Shown piece by piece: positions 1 to 8,381 of a stretch of DNA of 64,000 bases. The notes beneath the pieces are model-generated. The model was not told the DNA's origin and made no database searches. It saw nothing but the letters and a program-made list of their open reading frames with translations. How positions within the stretch are numbered: the stretch's first letter is position 1; each line of letters begins with the position of its first letter. Position numbers and translations under genes: made by a program. Source of the stretch: an uncultured Lachnospiraceae bacterium (GTDB lineage: Bacteria > Bacillota > Clostridia > Oscillospirales > CAG-272); contig CAZMWM010000001.1 of assembly GCA_964570105.1 (NCBI GenBank), forward strand, positions 7,803 through 71,802, given 5' to 3'.

Positions 1-63
1 ATGTTAAAATAGTTGATGTAGTGATATTACCGATATCTTTGAAAGGACGTGACCGTACAGGTG

Positions 64-819
64 ATGAAGATACTCGTGCTTAACGGAAGCCCCCGAGGAA
101 ACAGGAGTGCTTCTCTCAAGGTCGCTCGCGCTTTCCTTTCCGGCTACGGAGAGGTGATACCATCGGAGATCGAGACCGTCGAGCTTGGAAAGCTCCGCAT
201 TTCCGATTGCCGTGGCTGTCTGTGCTGTTGGAAAAAGGAGAGCGGCAGGTGTGTGATATCGGACGATATGCAGTCTCTTCTCGAAAAAGTCCTCGCATCC
301 GACATAATAGTTGAGGTATTCCCTCTCTATTTTTTCACGATCCCGTCGCGTCTCAAGGCGTTTACGGACAGATGCATCGCGCTGACATCGGCATATCGCG
401 GCTCGCACGGAGACGGTGTGAACGAGCATTTCATACATTCAATGCGTTACCCGGAGCTTTATGAAAAAAAGCTCATACTCGTCTCGACCTGCGGATATGA
501 ATTTACCGACGATAATTACAACGCCGTAACGGACCAGTACGACCGCATATGCGGTAAAGGCAATTACCTGTCCCTTTTCTGCCCTCAAGGCGGTGTCCTG
601 TCCGAGCAGACGCTTCGAACACAGGTCGACAGATACCTTTTAAAATTCGCCTCGGCAGGCAAGGAGTACGCCGAAAACGGCTCTCTCTCAGCCGAAACGC
701 TCGAGCTTTTAAAAAAGCCCCTTCTCCGTCATCACGCATTTGAAGCGGCACTTAACCGTACGTGGGATACGGACGCGGGACCGTACGGAAACAGCTCGGA
801 CACGGAGGCAAGATCTTGA
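64..819 (+). CDS. Flavodoxin-fold NAD(P)H-dependent FMN reductase / iron-sulfur flavoprotein (Isf-like)
   Basis: The N-terminus MKILVLNGSPRG is typical of the NADPH-dependent FMN reductase / flavodoxin-like fold. The compact Cys cluster CRGCLCCW...GRC resembles the Isf 4Fe-4S motif. The ORF track starts at GTG 49; ATG 64 gives the conserved N-terminus. The stop TGA 817-819 overlaps the TTG start of the next gene. Confidence 0.65.
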   Translation: MKILVLNGSPRGNRSASLKVARAFLSGYGEVIPSEIETVELGKLRISDCRGCLCCWKKESGRCVISDDMQSLLEKVLASDIIVEVFPLYFFTIPSRLKAFTDRCIALTSAYRGSHGDGVNEHFIHSMRYPELYEKKLILVSTCGYEFTDDNYNAVTDQYDRICGKGNYLSLFCPQGGVLSEQTLRTQVDRYLLKFASAGKEYAENGSLSAETLELLKKPLLRHHAFEAALNRTWDTDAGPYGNSSDTEARS

Positions 820-1523
820 AAAAGCTTTTAAGTTCTCTTAAACGCAAGCTGATACGCGGTATCTTCTTCTGCTTGTATCCCATCCTCGCGCTCATTTACA
901 GACCTCGCGTCATATATACCTCACAGCAAGCGCGTGATGCGTTACGCTCACCCTGTATAATAGTTTGCAATCACACGAGCCACAAGGACGGTCTGCTCAT
1001 TTCAAGACTGCTTTTGAAGTACGGAGCTTTCACCTTCGTGGCAAAGGATTGGTACGAAAGACCTAAGCTGAGACCGCTGTTTTCATCACTTGATTTTCTG
1101 CCCATAGACCGTAACTCCATGGATACCGAGTGGTTGGATATGGGACTTGAAAAGCTCAGAGCCGGCTCTCCGATACTCATATTTCCGGAAGGCAGGACGA
1201 GCAAAACGGGCGTTATGAATGAATTTCATCCCGGATTTCTGTACATAGCCAAACGAGCCGAGGTACCTGTGATCCCCACCTGTCTCGTGTGTGATTATAA
1301 GCCATTCCATCGCCAAAAGCTCGTGATCGGCGCTCCGTATCAGCCCGATCTTACCGTAAAAGGTCGCCCGTCGGTGATCCTCTCCGGATATGCGGCTGAA
1401 TGCAGGCGGATAATAGAGGAGCTTGTGATCGCCAACGGCGGTCCGATAGTGCTCGAAGCCCCCGTCTCAGCGGATACGGCTACCAAAGCCGAAGAGGAAG
1501 CGCGTGATACCGAGAAGGTCTGA
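816..1523 (+). CDS. PlsC-family (lysophospholipid/1-acylglycerol-3-phosphate) acyltransferase
   Basis: Carries the HX4D catalytic motif (NHTSHKDG) and the FPEGRTS block of the PlsC/LPLAT family. I prefer the TTG start at 816, which has GGAGG at 804-808 and a TTGA start/stop overlap with the upstream gene. The track's ATG 762 start would overlap the upstream CDS by 58 nt. Confidence 0.75.
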   Translation: MKKLLSSLKRKLIRGIFFCLYPILALIYRPRVIYTSQQARDALRSPCIIVCNHTSHKDGLLISRLLLKYGAFTFVAKDWYERPKLRPLFSSLDFLPIDRNSMDTEWLDMGLEKLRAGSPILIFPEGRTSKTGVMNEFHPGFLYIAKRAEVPVIPTCLVCDYKPFHRQKLVIGAPYQPDLTVKGRPSVILSGYAAECRRIIEELVIANGGPIVLEAPVSADTATKAEEEARDTEKV

Positions 1524-1594
1524 ATACAGCATCTAACCCATACGGGTAGAAATATAAGCATCAAACCAATACTTACAAAGGAAGGTAATTTAAA

Positions 1595-1843
1595 ATGGAC
1601 GAGAAAGAACTCAGCATTGCCGCAAAGATCAAGGAGATGCTCTCCGAAAACCTCGGAATACCGGAGGACCAGCTTGATTACGATGTTCCGCTCTTCGCGG
1701 ACGGTATAGGACTTGACTCCATCGACTCTCTTGAGATCATCGCATGCATCGACGGTGAATACGGAGTTTCGATGACCGGTGTCGCAAAGGAAAACTTCTA
1801 TAACATCACCAGCCTCACCAAGTACGTCGTCGAGAATATGTAA
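1595..1843 (+). CDS. Acyl carrier protein
   Basis: An 82-aa acidic protein with the phosphopantetheine attachment motif GLDSIDSLEI (DSL serine). Confidence 0.85.
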   Translation: MDEKELSIAAKIKEMLSENLGIPEDQLDYDVPLFADGIGLDSIDSLEIIACIDGEYGVSMTGVAKENFYNITSLTKYVVENM

Positions 1844-1855
1844 AGCCGAAAAAGA

Positions 1856-1897
1856 GACCGCCGGATGCCGCGATAACGGCGAACGCGGTCCTTTTTG
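1856..1897 (+). terminator. Possible weak intrinsic terminator/attenuator between ACP and KS genes
   Basis: Two-tier hairpin: gaccgc 1856-1861 pairs with gcggtc 1885-1890, and inner gccg pairs with cggc. It is followed by cttttt. The stem is imperfect. Confidence 0.3.
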
Positions 1898-1970
1898 CTT
1901 CTGTATGCAGCTCGACACCTCGCACGAGCGGTCAGATGACCGCAATAAATAAGAAAGGCATTTTAAAGCA

Positions 1971-4370
1971 ATGAATAATACTACCAAGCGTTGCGTCGTT
2001 ACCGGACTCGGACTTATAACAGCCATCGGAAACGATGTCACCGAATGCTGGAGAAACGCTCTTGACGGCAAGAGCGGAATAGATAAAGTCAAAAGCGTTG
2101 ACAGCACAGACTGCTATGCAGATCTCGGAGCCGAGCTTGAATGCGACGAGCTTGACCGCTCAAAATATTCTTCGGATATGGACAGAGTGTCCAAGCTCTG
2201 CGTGAAGGCGGCAGGCGAAGCCGTAGCGGACGCAGGACTTAAGATCGGCGAGAACGCAGAGTCGGAAAGAGTCGGCGTTATCATGGGAAGCTGCGTCGGC
2301 GGTGTCGTCAGCATCGAAAATTACGTCAAGAACGGACAGTCGCCCGAGGATATAACCAAATTCACCATTTCCGCCATAGCAAATCACGTGGCGGCGGAAT
2401 TCGGAGCCGAGGGAATAGTTACAAACGTCGCGAATGCCTGTGCCGCGGGCACCATAAGCATCGCATACGCTTGCGAGCTGATACGCGCAGGAGTAGCCGA
2501 TGCCTTCATCGTCGGAGGTGCAGACGCTTTCGCCGCAGTTCCCTACAGCGGATTTATCGCTCTCCACGCGCTCGATCCTTCTCCCTGCTCTCCCTTCAAT
2601 CACAGCCACGGCATCACGCTCGGCGAAGGCTCGGGTGCACTGATAGTCGAATCGTACGAGCACGCAAAAAAGCGCGGCGCTCACGTTTACTGCGATGTTC
2701 TCGGCGCCGGTATCAGCAGTGACGCACACCACATAACCGCTCCCCGTCCGGACGGAGAAGGTCAGATGACCGCTATCCGTACGGCGCTCAAAAATTCCGG
2801 TCTCACCCCTGCCGATATCTCGTACATAAACGCACACGGCACCGGAACGCCCAAAAACGACGAAGCAGAATTCCTTTCGCTCCACACCATATTCGACGAT
2901 CAGAACGACGATCTCAGCGTAAGCTCGACCAAGGCGATGGTTGGTCACTGTCTCGGAGCCGCCGGAGCGATAGAAGCGGTATTCAGCGTAAAGGCACTTT
3001 CGGAAGGTCGCATTCCTCCCACGGTAGGTTATTCCGAAGAGGATATAGCGGCTCTTGCGGAAAAAGCCGGAAACATAGATTTTCGCCCGAACGTTATGAG
3101 AAAGAAGGACGGAATGCGCTCGGTGATGTCCAATTCCTTTGCCTTCGGCGGAAATAACGCAAGTATAATATTCAGCCTTGACGGCGATAAGGCAAAGTGC
3201 GAGACCTCCTCCGAAAAGGTATATATAACCGGACTTGGCGCGGTAACGCCCTTAGGAAACGGCGTTGAGACATATACCTCGGCACTCAAGAGCGCACCGT
3301 GTGCCGAAGGCTCGCTCTGCTCCTCCGTCGGCAGTGAGGATTACGCCGCGCACGGTCTTGCACTCTCCTTCTACCGCAAGCTCGACCGCTTCAGCCAGCT
3401 TCAGGCAGTCTCGGGGATGGAAGCCATAGAGGACGCAAATATCACCGTAAGCGCCGAAAACGACAACGACATCGGTATGATAATCGGCACTGCCAACGGA
3501 CCGATCTCGACCGTTTACAATTTCGAATGCGATATAGCCGAAAAAGGCAACCACGCCGGAAGCGCCTTCAAGTTTCCGAACACCGTGTACAACGCCGCGG
3601 GCGGATATCTTTCCATCTGCTCAAAAATAAAGGGCTATAACGTCACTCTTACCAACGGAGCGCAGTCGGGACTTGCAAGTCTCTGCTATGCCTACAACGT
3701 CATCCGTCAAGGCGCAGAAAAAATAATGCTCGCCACCGGAACAGACGAAAACAACGAGACCATATCCGCTCTGTACGGAAAGCTCGGTTGTACCGTCGAC
3801 ACCCCCACATCTCCCTATTCCGGCTCGCACGGCTTCGTCCTCGGAGACGGAAGCGTCACCGCAGTTCTCGAAACGGAAAGCTCCGCAGACGCCCGTAACG
3901 CCAAGGTGTACGCGGAATTTGCAGGATACGGAATGGCGCACTCATCCGTGCGTTTCGGTCACATCACAGGCTCGGATAAGGCTCTCTCGAGCGCTATCGA
4001 GCTTGCGCTTGCCGATGCCGCGATCGATGCAAACAGTATAGACTGCGTGGTCGGATTCGGAAACGGCATGGACGCATTCGACGCCATCGAGCGTAATGTT
4101 TATTCGGATATATTCGGAGAGTCCAAGATCCCCGTTCTTTCCGTGAAGGAAAAATGCGGAGAGGGACGGGCGGCGTCAGCGGCGTTGGGAGCGGCACACG
4201 CTTCACTCATACTGAGCGGCGATATAACGGGCACGCAAAAGTGCTATCTCCTTTCGAGAAGTACCGCACGAGCCTCGACCGTCGACGTGACCTCGTTTAA
4301 AAACATTCTCATCACTGCTTGCGCCACCGGCGGCTCGTATTGCGCCGTCGTACTGCGTAAGACAAACTAA
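1971..4370 (+). CDS. Fused beta-ketoacyl synthase (KS, FabF-like) plus chain-length-factor-like (KS-beta, Cys->Gln) didomain protein
   Basis: The N-terminal half (aa 1-405) has the full KS triad context: ANACAAG (Cys157, TGT 2439-2441), NAHGTGT and GHCLGAAG. The C-terminal half (aa ~415-799) aligns to the same fold, but the triad positions read TNGAQSG (Gln565, CAG 3663-3665), VGFGNGM and GEGRAASA. There is no stop codon between the two halves. Confidence 0.85.
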   Translation: MNNTTKRCVVTGLGLITAIGNDVTECWRNALDGKSGIDKVKSVDSTDCYADLGAELECDELDRSKYSSDMDRVSKLCVKAAGEAVADAGLKIGENAESERVGVIMGSCVGGVVSIENYVKNGQSPEDITKFTISAIANHVAAEFGAEGIVTNVANACAAGTISIAYACELIRAGVADAFIVGGADAFAAVPYSGFIALHALDPSPCSPFNHSHGITLGEGSGALIVESYEHAKKRGAHVYCDVLGAGISSDAHHITAPRPDGEGQMTAIRTALKNSGLTPADISYINAHGTGTPKNDEAEFLSLHTIFDDQNDDLSVSSTKAMVGHCLGAAGAIEAVFSVKALSEGRIPPTVGYSEEDIAALAEKAGNIDFRPNVMRKKDGMRSVMSNSFAFGGNNASIIFSLDGDKAKCETSSEKVYITGLGAVTPLGNGVETYTSALKSAPCAEGSLCSSVGSEDYAAHGLALSFYRKLDRFSQLQAVSGMEAIEDANITVSAENDNDIGMIIGTANGPISTVYNFECDIAEKGNHAGSAFKFPNTVYNAAGGYLSICSKIKGYNVTLTNGAQSGLASLCYAYNVIRQGAEKIMLATGTDENNETISALYGKLGCTVDTPTSPYSGSHGFVLGDGSVTAVLETESSADARNAKVYAEFAGYGMAHSSVRFGHITGSDKALSSAIELALADAAIDANSIDCVVGFGNGMDAFDAIERNVYSDIFGESKIPVLSVKEKCGEGRAASAALGAAHASLILSGDITGTQKCYLLSRSTARASTVDVTSFKNILITACATGGSYCAVVLRKTN

Positions 4371-4412
4371 GAAAGGAAGCTTTCATCCAAACGAAAGCAA
4401 CGGTCCAACGGT

Positions 4413-5147
4413 ATGGATAAGGTCGCGATAGTTACCGGCGCATCCAGAGGAATAGGCAAAGCTTGCGCACTTCGCTTAGGCAGAGCCGGTATGAACGTAG
4501 CAGTCAATTATAATTCCTCCGAGGCAGAGGCGAACGAGGTCGTACGCGATATCATAGCCGCAGGCGGTGACGCGATAGCACTCAAGGCAGACGTGTCCGA
4601 CATAACACAGGTAAAGGCGATGGTACGTGACGTTTTCAAAAAATGGGGACAAATAGATATCCTCGTGAACAACGCCGGAATAGTCAAGGACGAATACCTC
4701 CTTATGATGACTCCCGAGAACATAGACAGATGCTTGGGACTTAACGTACGCGGATATATGTTCGCCGCACAGCAAGCCGCGCTCAAAATGTTCCGCCGGA
4801 AGAGCGGACGGATAATAAACATCTCTTCGGTCTCGTCGATAGTTGCGATACCCGGACAGACCGTTTACAGCGCGACCAAGGGCGCTGTAAACTCGATGAC
4901 GGCGACCATGGCAAAGGAGCTTGCTCCTTACGGAATAACAGTAAACGCCGTAGCCCCCGGATTTATCGCCACCGATATGGTAGATAGCATACCGCAGGAA
5001 AAACGTGATGAATACGACGCACTCATCCCCTTAAAGCGCATGGGAAGATCCGAGGAGGTCGCCGAAATGGTTTACGCGATGACAGGAGACGCTTTTTCCT
5101 ACGTTACGGGACAGGTGATCGTTCTTGACGGAGGACTTTCATTATGA
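4413..5147 (+). CDS. fabG: 3-oxoacyl-ACP reductase (SDR)
   Basis: Has the TGASRGIG cofactor motif, NNAG and the YSATKGAV catalytic block. At 244 aa it has typical FabG length. Confidence 0.9.
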   Translation: MDKVAIVTGASRGIGKACALRLGRAGMNVAVNYNSSEAEANEVVRDIIAAGGDAIALKADVSDITQVKAMVRDVFKKWGQIDILVNNAGIVKDEYLLMMTPENIDRCLGLNVRGYMFAAQQAALKMFRRKSGRIINISSVSSIVAIPGQTVYSATKGAVNSMTATMAKELAPYGITVNAVAPGFIATDMVDSIPQEKRDEYDALIPLKRMGRSEEVAEMVYAMTGDAFSYVTGQVIVLDGGLSL

Positions 5148-5584
5148 TGAATATTATGGACGTGAGCGCCCATCTCAAGCAGAGACCGCCGTTTCAGATG
5201 ATAGAAAAGGTGACGGAGCTTGAGCCGGGAGCAAGAGCTGTCGGAATTAAGAACGTTTGCATAAACGAGCCTTATTTTGCGGGACATTTTCCCGGCTCTC
5301 CCATAATGCCGGGCGTACTTCAGATAGAGAGCGCCGCTCAGCTGTGCTCTCTTACACTGGACGCCGAGCCTGACGATGAATACGTATACGTTATCCTAAA
5401 GATAAACGATTTCAAGTTTTTGCGTCCGGTGCTTCCCGGAGATACGCTCACCGTGAGCGTAACGAAGGATTCGGATGCCGGCGGACTTTATAAGTTCTCC
5501 GTATCTCTTACCGTAGACGGTCAGCTCCGCTCCAAGGGCGCGTTGACCTTTGCAAGGATGCGCAGAGCCGACATCTATTCCTGA
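5144..5584 (+). CDS. fabZ: 3-hydroxyacyl-ACP dehydratase
   Basis: Carries the hot-dog fold signature EPYFAGHFPGSPIMPGVLQIESAAQ. An ATGA overlap links it to the fabG stop. Confidence 0.85.
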   Translation: MMNIMDVSAHLKQRPPFQMIEKVTELEPGARAVGIKNVCINEPYFAGHFPGSPIMPGVLQIESAAQLCSLTLDAEPDDEYVYVILKINDFKFLRPVLPGDTLTVSVTKDSDAGGLYKFSVSLTVDGQLRSKGALTFARMRRADIYS

Positions 5585-5608
5585 AACTTAAATAAAGGAC
5601 GAGGTATT

Positions 5609-6544
5609 ATGAAGATTGCTTTTCTGTTCGCCGGACAAGGCGCACAATACGTCGGAATGGGCAAGGAGCTTTACGAAAGCTCCGAAATCTGCAAAAAAAT
5701 ATTTGATATGGGAGAGGATATCCGTCCCGGCACGCTCACGACCTGCTTTTGCGGTCCCGCCGAGGAGCTTACCCGTACCGTAAACACTCAGCCTTGCTTG
5801 TTTCTTTGTGACCTCGCATGCGCCGAAGCGCTCCGCTCAAACGGAATATCTCCGGATGTATGCGCAGGCTTTTCGCTCGGGGAGCTTCCGGCGCTTGCAT
5901 TTTGCGGTATCCTCTCAGCGTCGGACGCCTTCAGGACGGTGGTTTTGAGAGGCGAGACTATGGACAGATGCGCAAGCGAGCATCCGGGTGGGATGGCGGC
6001 GGCTCTCAAGTTGCCCTTTGAAACAGTTGAAGAGATATGCTCACACTACGCAAATATCTATCCCGTGAATTATAACTGCCCCGGTCAGCTCTCCTGCGCC
6101 GGAGCACCGGAAGAGATGGATGCCTTTTGCAACGAGATAAAGAGCGCCGGAGGAAGAGCGGTAAAGCTCGCCGTCAGCGGAGCGTTCCACACGCCATATA
6201 TGAAAGCGGCGACCGAGGCACTTTCCGAGCTTTTGAAAACGCTTGAGGTCTCATCTCCGAGCATACCGCTCTACTCCGATATCGATGCCACGCTGTATTC
6301 GGGATCCGCGGACACTATAAGAGATACCGTGGCTCGGCAAGCGAGCAGGAGCGTAAGATGGGTGGATATACTCAAGGATATGCGTAAGGGTGGCGTGGAT
6401 ACGTTCATCGAGGTCGGCGCCGGAAAAACACTTTCGGGATTTGTCAACCGAACGTTTTCGGACGATATCGCGTCCGGTAACGTGCGCGTGTTCAACGTGA
6501 GCGACGCGGATACCCTGAACGCAACGTTGCAAGCCCTCAAATGA
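5609..6544 (+). CDS. fabD: Malonyl-CoA:ACP transacylase
   Basis: Has the FLFAGQGAQYVGMG N-terminus, the active-site GFSLGE and the later SGAFHT block. Confidence 0.9.
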   Translation: MKIAFLFAGQGAQYVGMGKELYESSEICKKIFDMGEDIRPGTLTTCFCGPAEELTRTVNTQPCLFLCDLACAEALRSNGISPDVCAGFSLGELPALAFCGILSASDAFRTVVLRGETMDRCASEHPGGMAAALKLPFETVEEICSHYANIYPVNYNCPGQLSCAGAPEEMDAFCNEIKSAGGRAVKLAVSGAFHTPYMKAATEALSELLKTLEVSSPSIPLYSDIDATLYSGSADTIRDTVARQASRSVRWVDILKDMRKGGVDTFIEVGAGKTLSGFVNRTFSDDIASGNVRVFNVSDADTLNATLQALK

Positions 6545-6592
6545 CGCGATACAACGTCGTTTTGTTACCGTATAAAGAGAGGTACAGTCAAG

Positions 6593-7450
6593 ATGTCAGT
6601 CTTTCGTAAAAAGAAATACAATTACAAGGCTCCGGAGATAACAAAGACCGCTCCGCAGTTAAGTATAGGCTCCGATGTGCTCGTTACCTGCTCCGCTTGC
6701 AAGCAGAACGTTTCGCTTGCGGATATGCTGAAAAACCATTATTTCTGCCCGAAATGCAACGCCTGCAACCGAGTTCCGGCAAGAACGAGGATACTTATGC
6801 TCTGTGATAAGGACACCTTCATAGAGCACGACGCGAGCCGAGTATCGCAGGATCCGCTATCCTTCCCCGATTACGAAAAAAAGCTTGAGGATGCGCGAAG
6901 CAAGACGGGAGAAAAGGAAGCCGTGATATGCGGCGAAGCAAAGCTCGGCGGCTACGACTGCTGTATATTTGCTATGGACTCAAGATTTATGATGGCTTCC
7001 ATGGGAAGCGCGGTCGGAGACAAGATAACTTCGCTGTTTGAATACGCCACGGAGAAAAAGCTCCCTGTGATAGGATTTGCGGCGTCAGGCGGCGCCAGAA
7101 TGCAAGAGGGGATGGTCTCCCTTATGCAGATGGCAAAGACTTCGGGAGCGATAAAATTGCACAGTGACGCAGGTCAATTCTTCTGCTCGGTGCTCACAGA
7201 TCCCACCACGGGAGGCGTCACGGCAAGCTTTGCTATGCTCGGAGATATCATCATAGCCGAGCCAAAGGCTTTGATAGGCTTTGCGGGACGTCGCGTCATC
7301 ACTCAGACGACCGGTGAGGAGCTGCCGGAAAACTTCCAGAGCGCGGAATTTCAGCTTGAGAACGGTTTCGTCGACGCTATCGTTGAGCGTTCGGCTTTGC
7401 GCGGCTACCTCGCTTCCCTCCTCGCCCTGCACGTCGACGCGTGCAGATAA
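6593..7450 (+). CDS. accD: Acetyl-CoA carboxylase carboxyltransferase beta subunit
   Basis: Has an N-terminal Zn ribbon (CSAC...x15...CPKC) and a carboxyltransferase core (GGARMQEG, MGDIIIAEP). Confidence 0.9.
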   Translation: MSVFRKKKYNYKAPEITKTAPQLSIGSDVLVTCSACKQNVSLADMLKNHYFCPKCNACNRVPARTRILMLCDKDTFIEHDASRVSQDPLSFPDYEKKLEDARSKTGEKEAVICGEAKLGGYDCCIFAMDSRFMMASMGSAVGDKITSLFEYATEKKLPVIGFAASGGARMQEGMVSLMQMAKTSGAIKLHSDAGQFFCSVLTDPTTGGVTASFAMLGDIIIAEPKALIGFAGRRVITQTTGEELPENFQSAEFQLENGFVDAIVERSALRGYLASLLALHVDACR

Positions 7451-7511
7451 GCCACCGTAATTACGCAAAGAAAGGAAGCTTTCGCATACACGAAAGTCAA
7501 AATCACGAATT

Positions 7512-8303
7512 ATGAACGCATACGAAAAGGTGCGCTGTACCAGAACAGCCGCCAGACCTATGGCAAGTGATTTCATCGGCAAGGTCTTTGAGGACTTTAC
7601 GGAGCTTCACGGAGACAGAAGATTTCACGATGACGGCGCGGTCATTGCAGGCATCGCGCGTCTCGACGGCAGACCGGTCACCGTTATCGGAATAGAAAAG
7701 GGACGCACGCTTGAAGAAAGGATGGCGCATAATTTCGGCTGTGCGCATCCCGAGGGATACCGAAAGGCTCTGCGCCTTATGAAGCAAGCAGAAAAGTTTC
7801 ACCGCCCCGTGATCTGCTTCGTTGATACCTCCGGCGCGTATTGCGGTGTCGGAGCCGAACAGCGCGGTCAGGGACTTGCCATCGCTGAAAATCTTTTTGA
7901 GCTTATGACGCTGAAAACGCCGGTCATATCCGTCGTCATAGGAGAGGGCGGAAGCGGCGGCGCACTCGCACTTGCAGTTGCAGATAACGTTTGGATGCTC
8001 GAAAACGCCTATTATTCGGTCATATCCCCCGAGGGTTGCGCAAGCATAATATATAAGGACGCCGCCAAAGCTCCCGAGGTCGCGGACGCGCTCGGGCTTA
8101 CGGCGCAGTCACTCTTGAAGCTCGGCATCATCGAAAGGATAATAGACGAGCCGACGAGCTTCGACGACGCAAAAGCCGCCGATGGCTTTTACGCATCCTT
8201 CAAAAAGGAGCTGTCCTCCGCGGTAAGCAGAGCCGCTTCAAAGCCGATGGACGCGTTGCTCGCCGCAAGATACGAAAAATACCGTAAGATAGGCAGAGAA
8301 TAA
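7512..8303 (+). CDS. accA: Acetyl-CoA carboxylase carboxyltransferase alpha subunit
   Basis: Carries typical AccA blocks: FTELHGDR, FVDTSGAY and VIGEGGSGGALA. Confidence 0.9.
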   Translation: MNAYEKVRCTRTAARPMASDFIGKVFEDFTELHGDRRFHDDGAVIAGIARLDGRPVTVIGIEKGRTLEERMAHNFGCAHPEGYRKALRLMKQAEKFHRPVICFVDTSGAYCGVGAEQRGQGLAIAENLFELMTLKTPVISVVIGEGGSGGALALAVADNVWMLENAYYSVISPEGCASIIYKDAAKAPEVADALGLTAQSLLKLGIIERIIDEPTSFDDAKAADGFYASFKKELSSAVSRAASKPMDALLAARYEKYRKIGRE

Positions 8304-8314
8304 AACCTTCTTAC

Positions 8315-8359
8315 AAAAACCGACCGCCTCGCGCTTTTGGCTCGAGGCGGTCGGTTTTT
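8315..8359. terminator. Bidirectional rho-independent terminator
   Basis: A perfect 17-bp inverted repeat, aaaaaccgaccgcctcg (8315-8331) with cgaggcggtcggttttt (8343-8359). It has an 11-nt loop and A/T tracts on both sides. It lies between convergent genes. Confidence 0.7.
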
Positions 8360-8381
8360 GTATTTTCGGTCTGTAAAGTCA

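Noticed and set aside
4-438. 144-aa minus-strand ORF at the window start
   Set aside because: It lies entirely antisense to the flavoprotein gene, which has clear family motifs. Its composition looks like a shadow ORF and it has no recognisable motif.
762-815. Upstream ATG extension of the PlsC-type acyltransferase, and similar 5' extensions at 10426, 11265, 27144, 30477, 36057, 44859, 51668, 56619 and 58076
   Set aside because: Each extension overlaps the preceding gene or lacks an RBS. In each case an internal start with a good Shine-Dalgarno sequence coincides with the onset of family-conserved sequence.
1340-2107. 255-aa minus-strand ORF spanning the acyltransferase 3' end, the ACP gene and the KS 5' end
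   Set aside because: It crosses two intergenic regions and is antisense to three well-supported genes. Ser/Leu-rich shadow translation is typical of antisense frames in GC-rich coding DNA.
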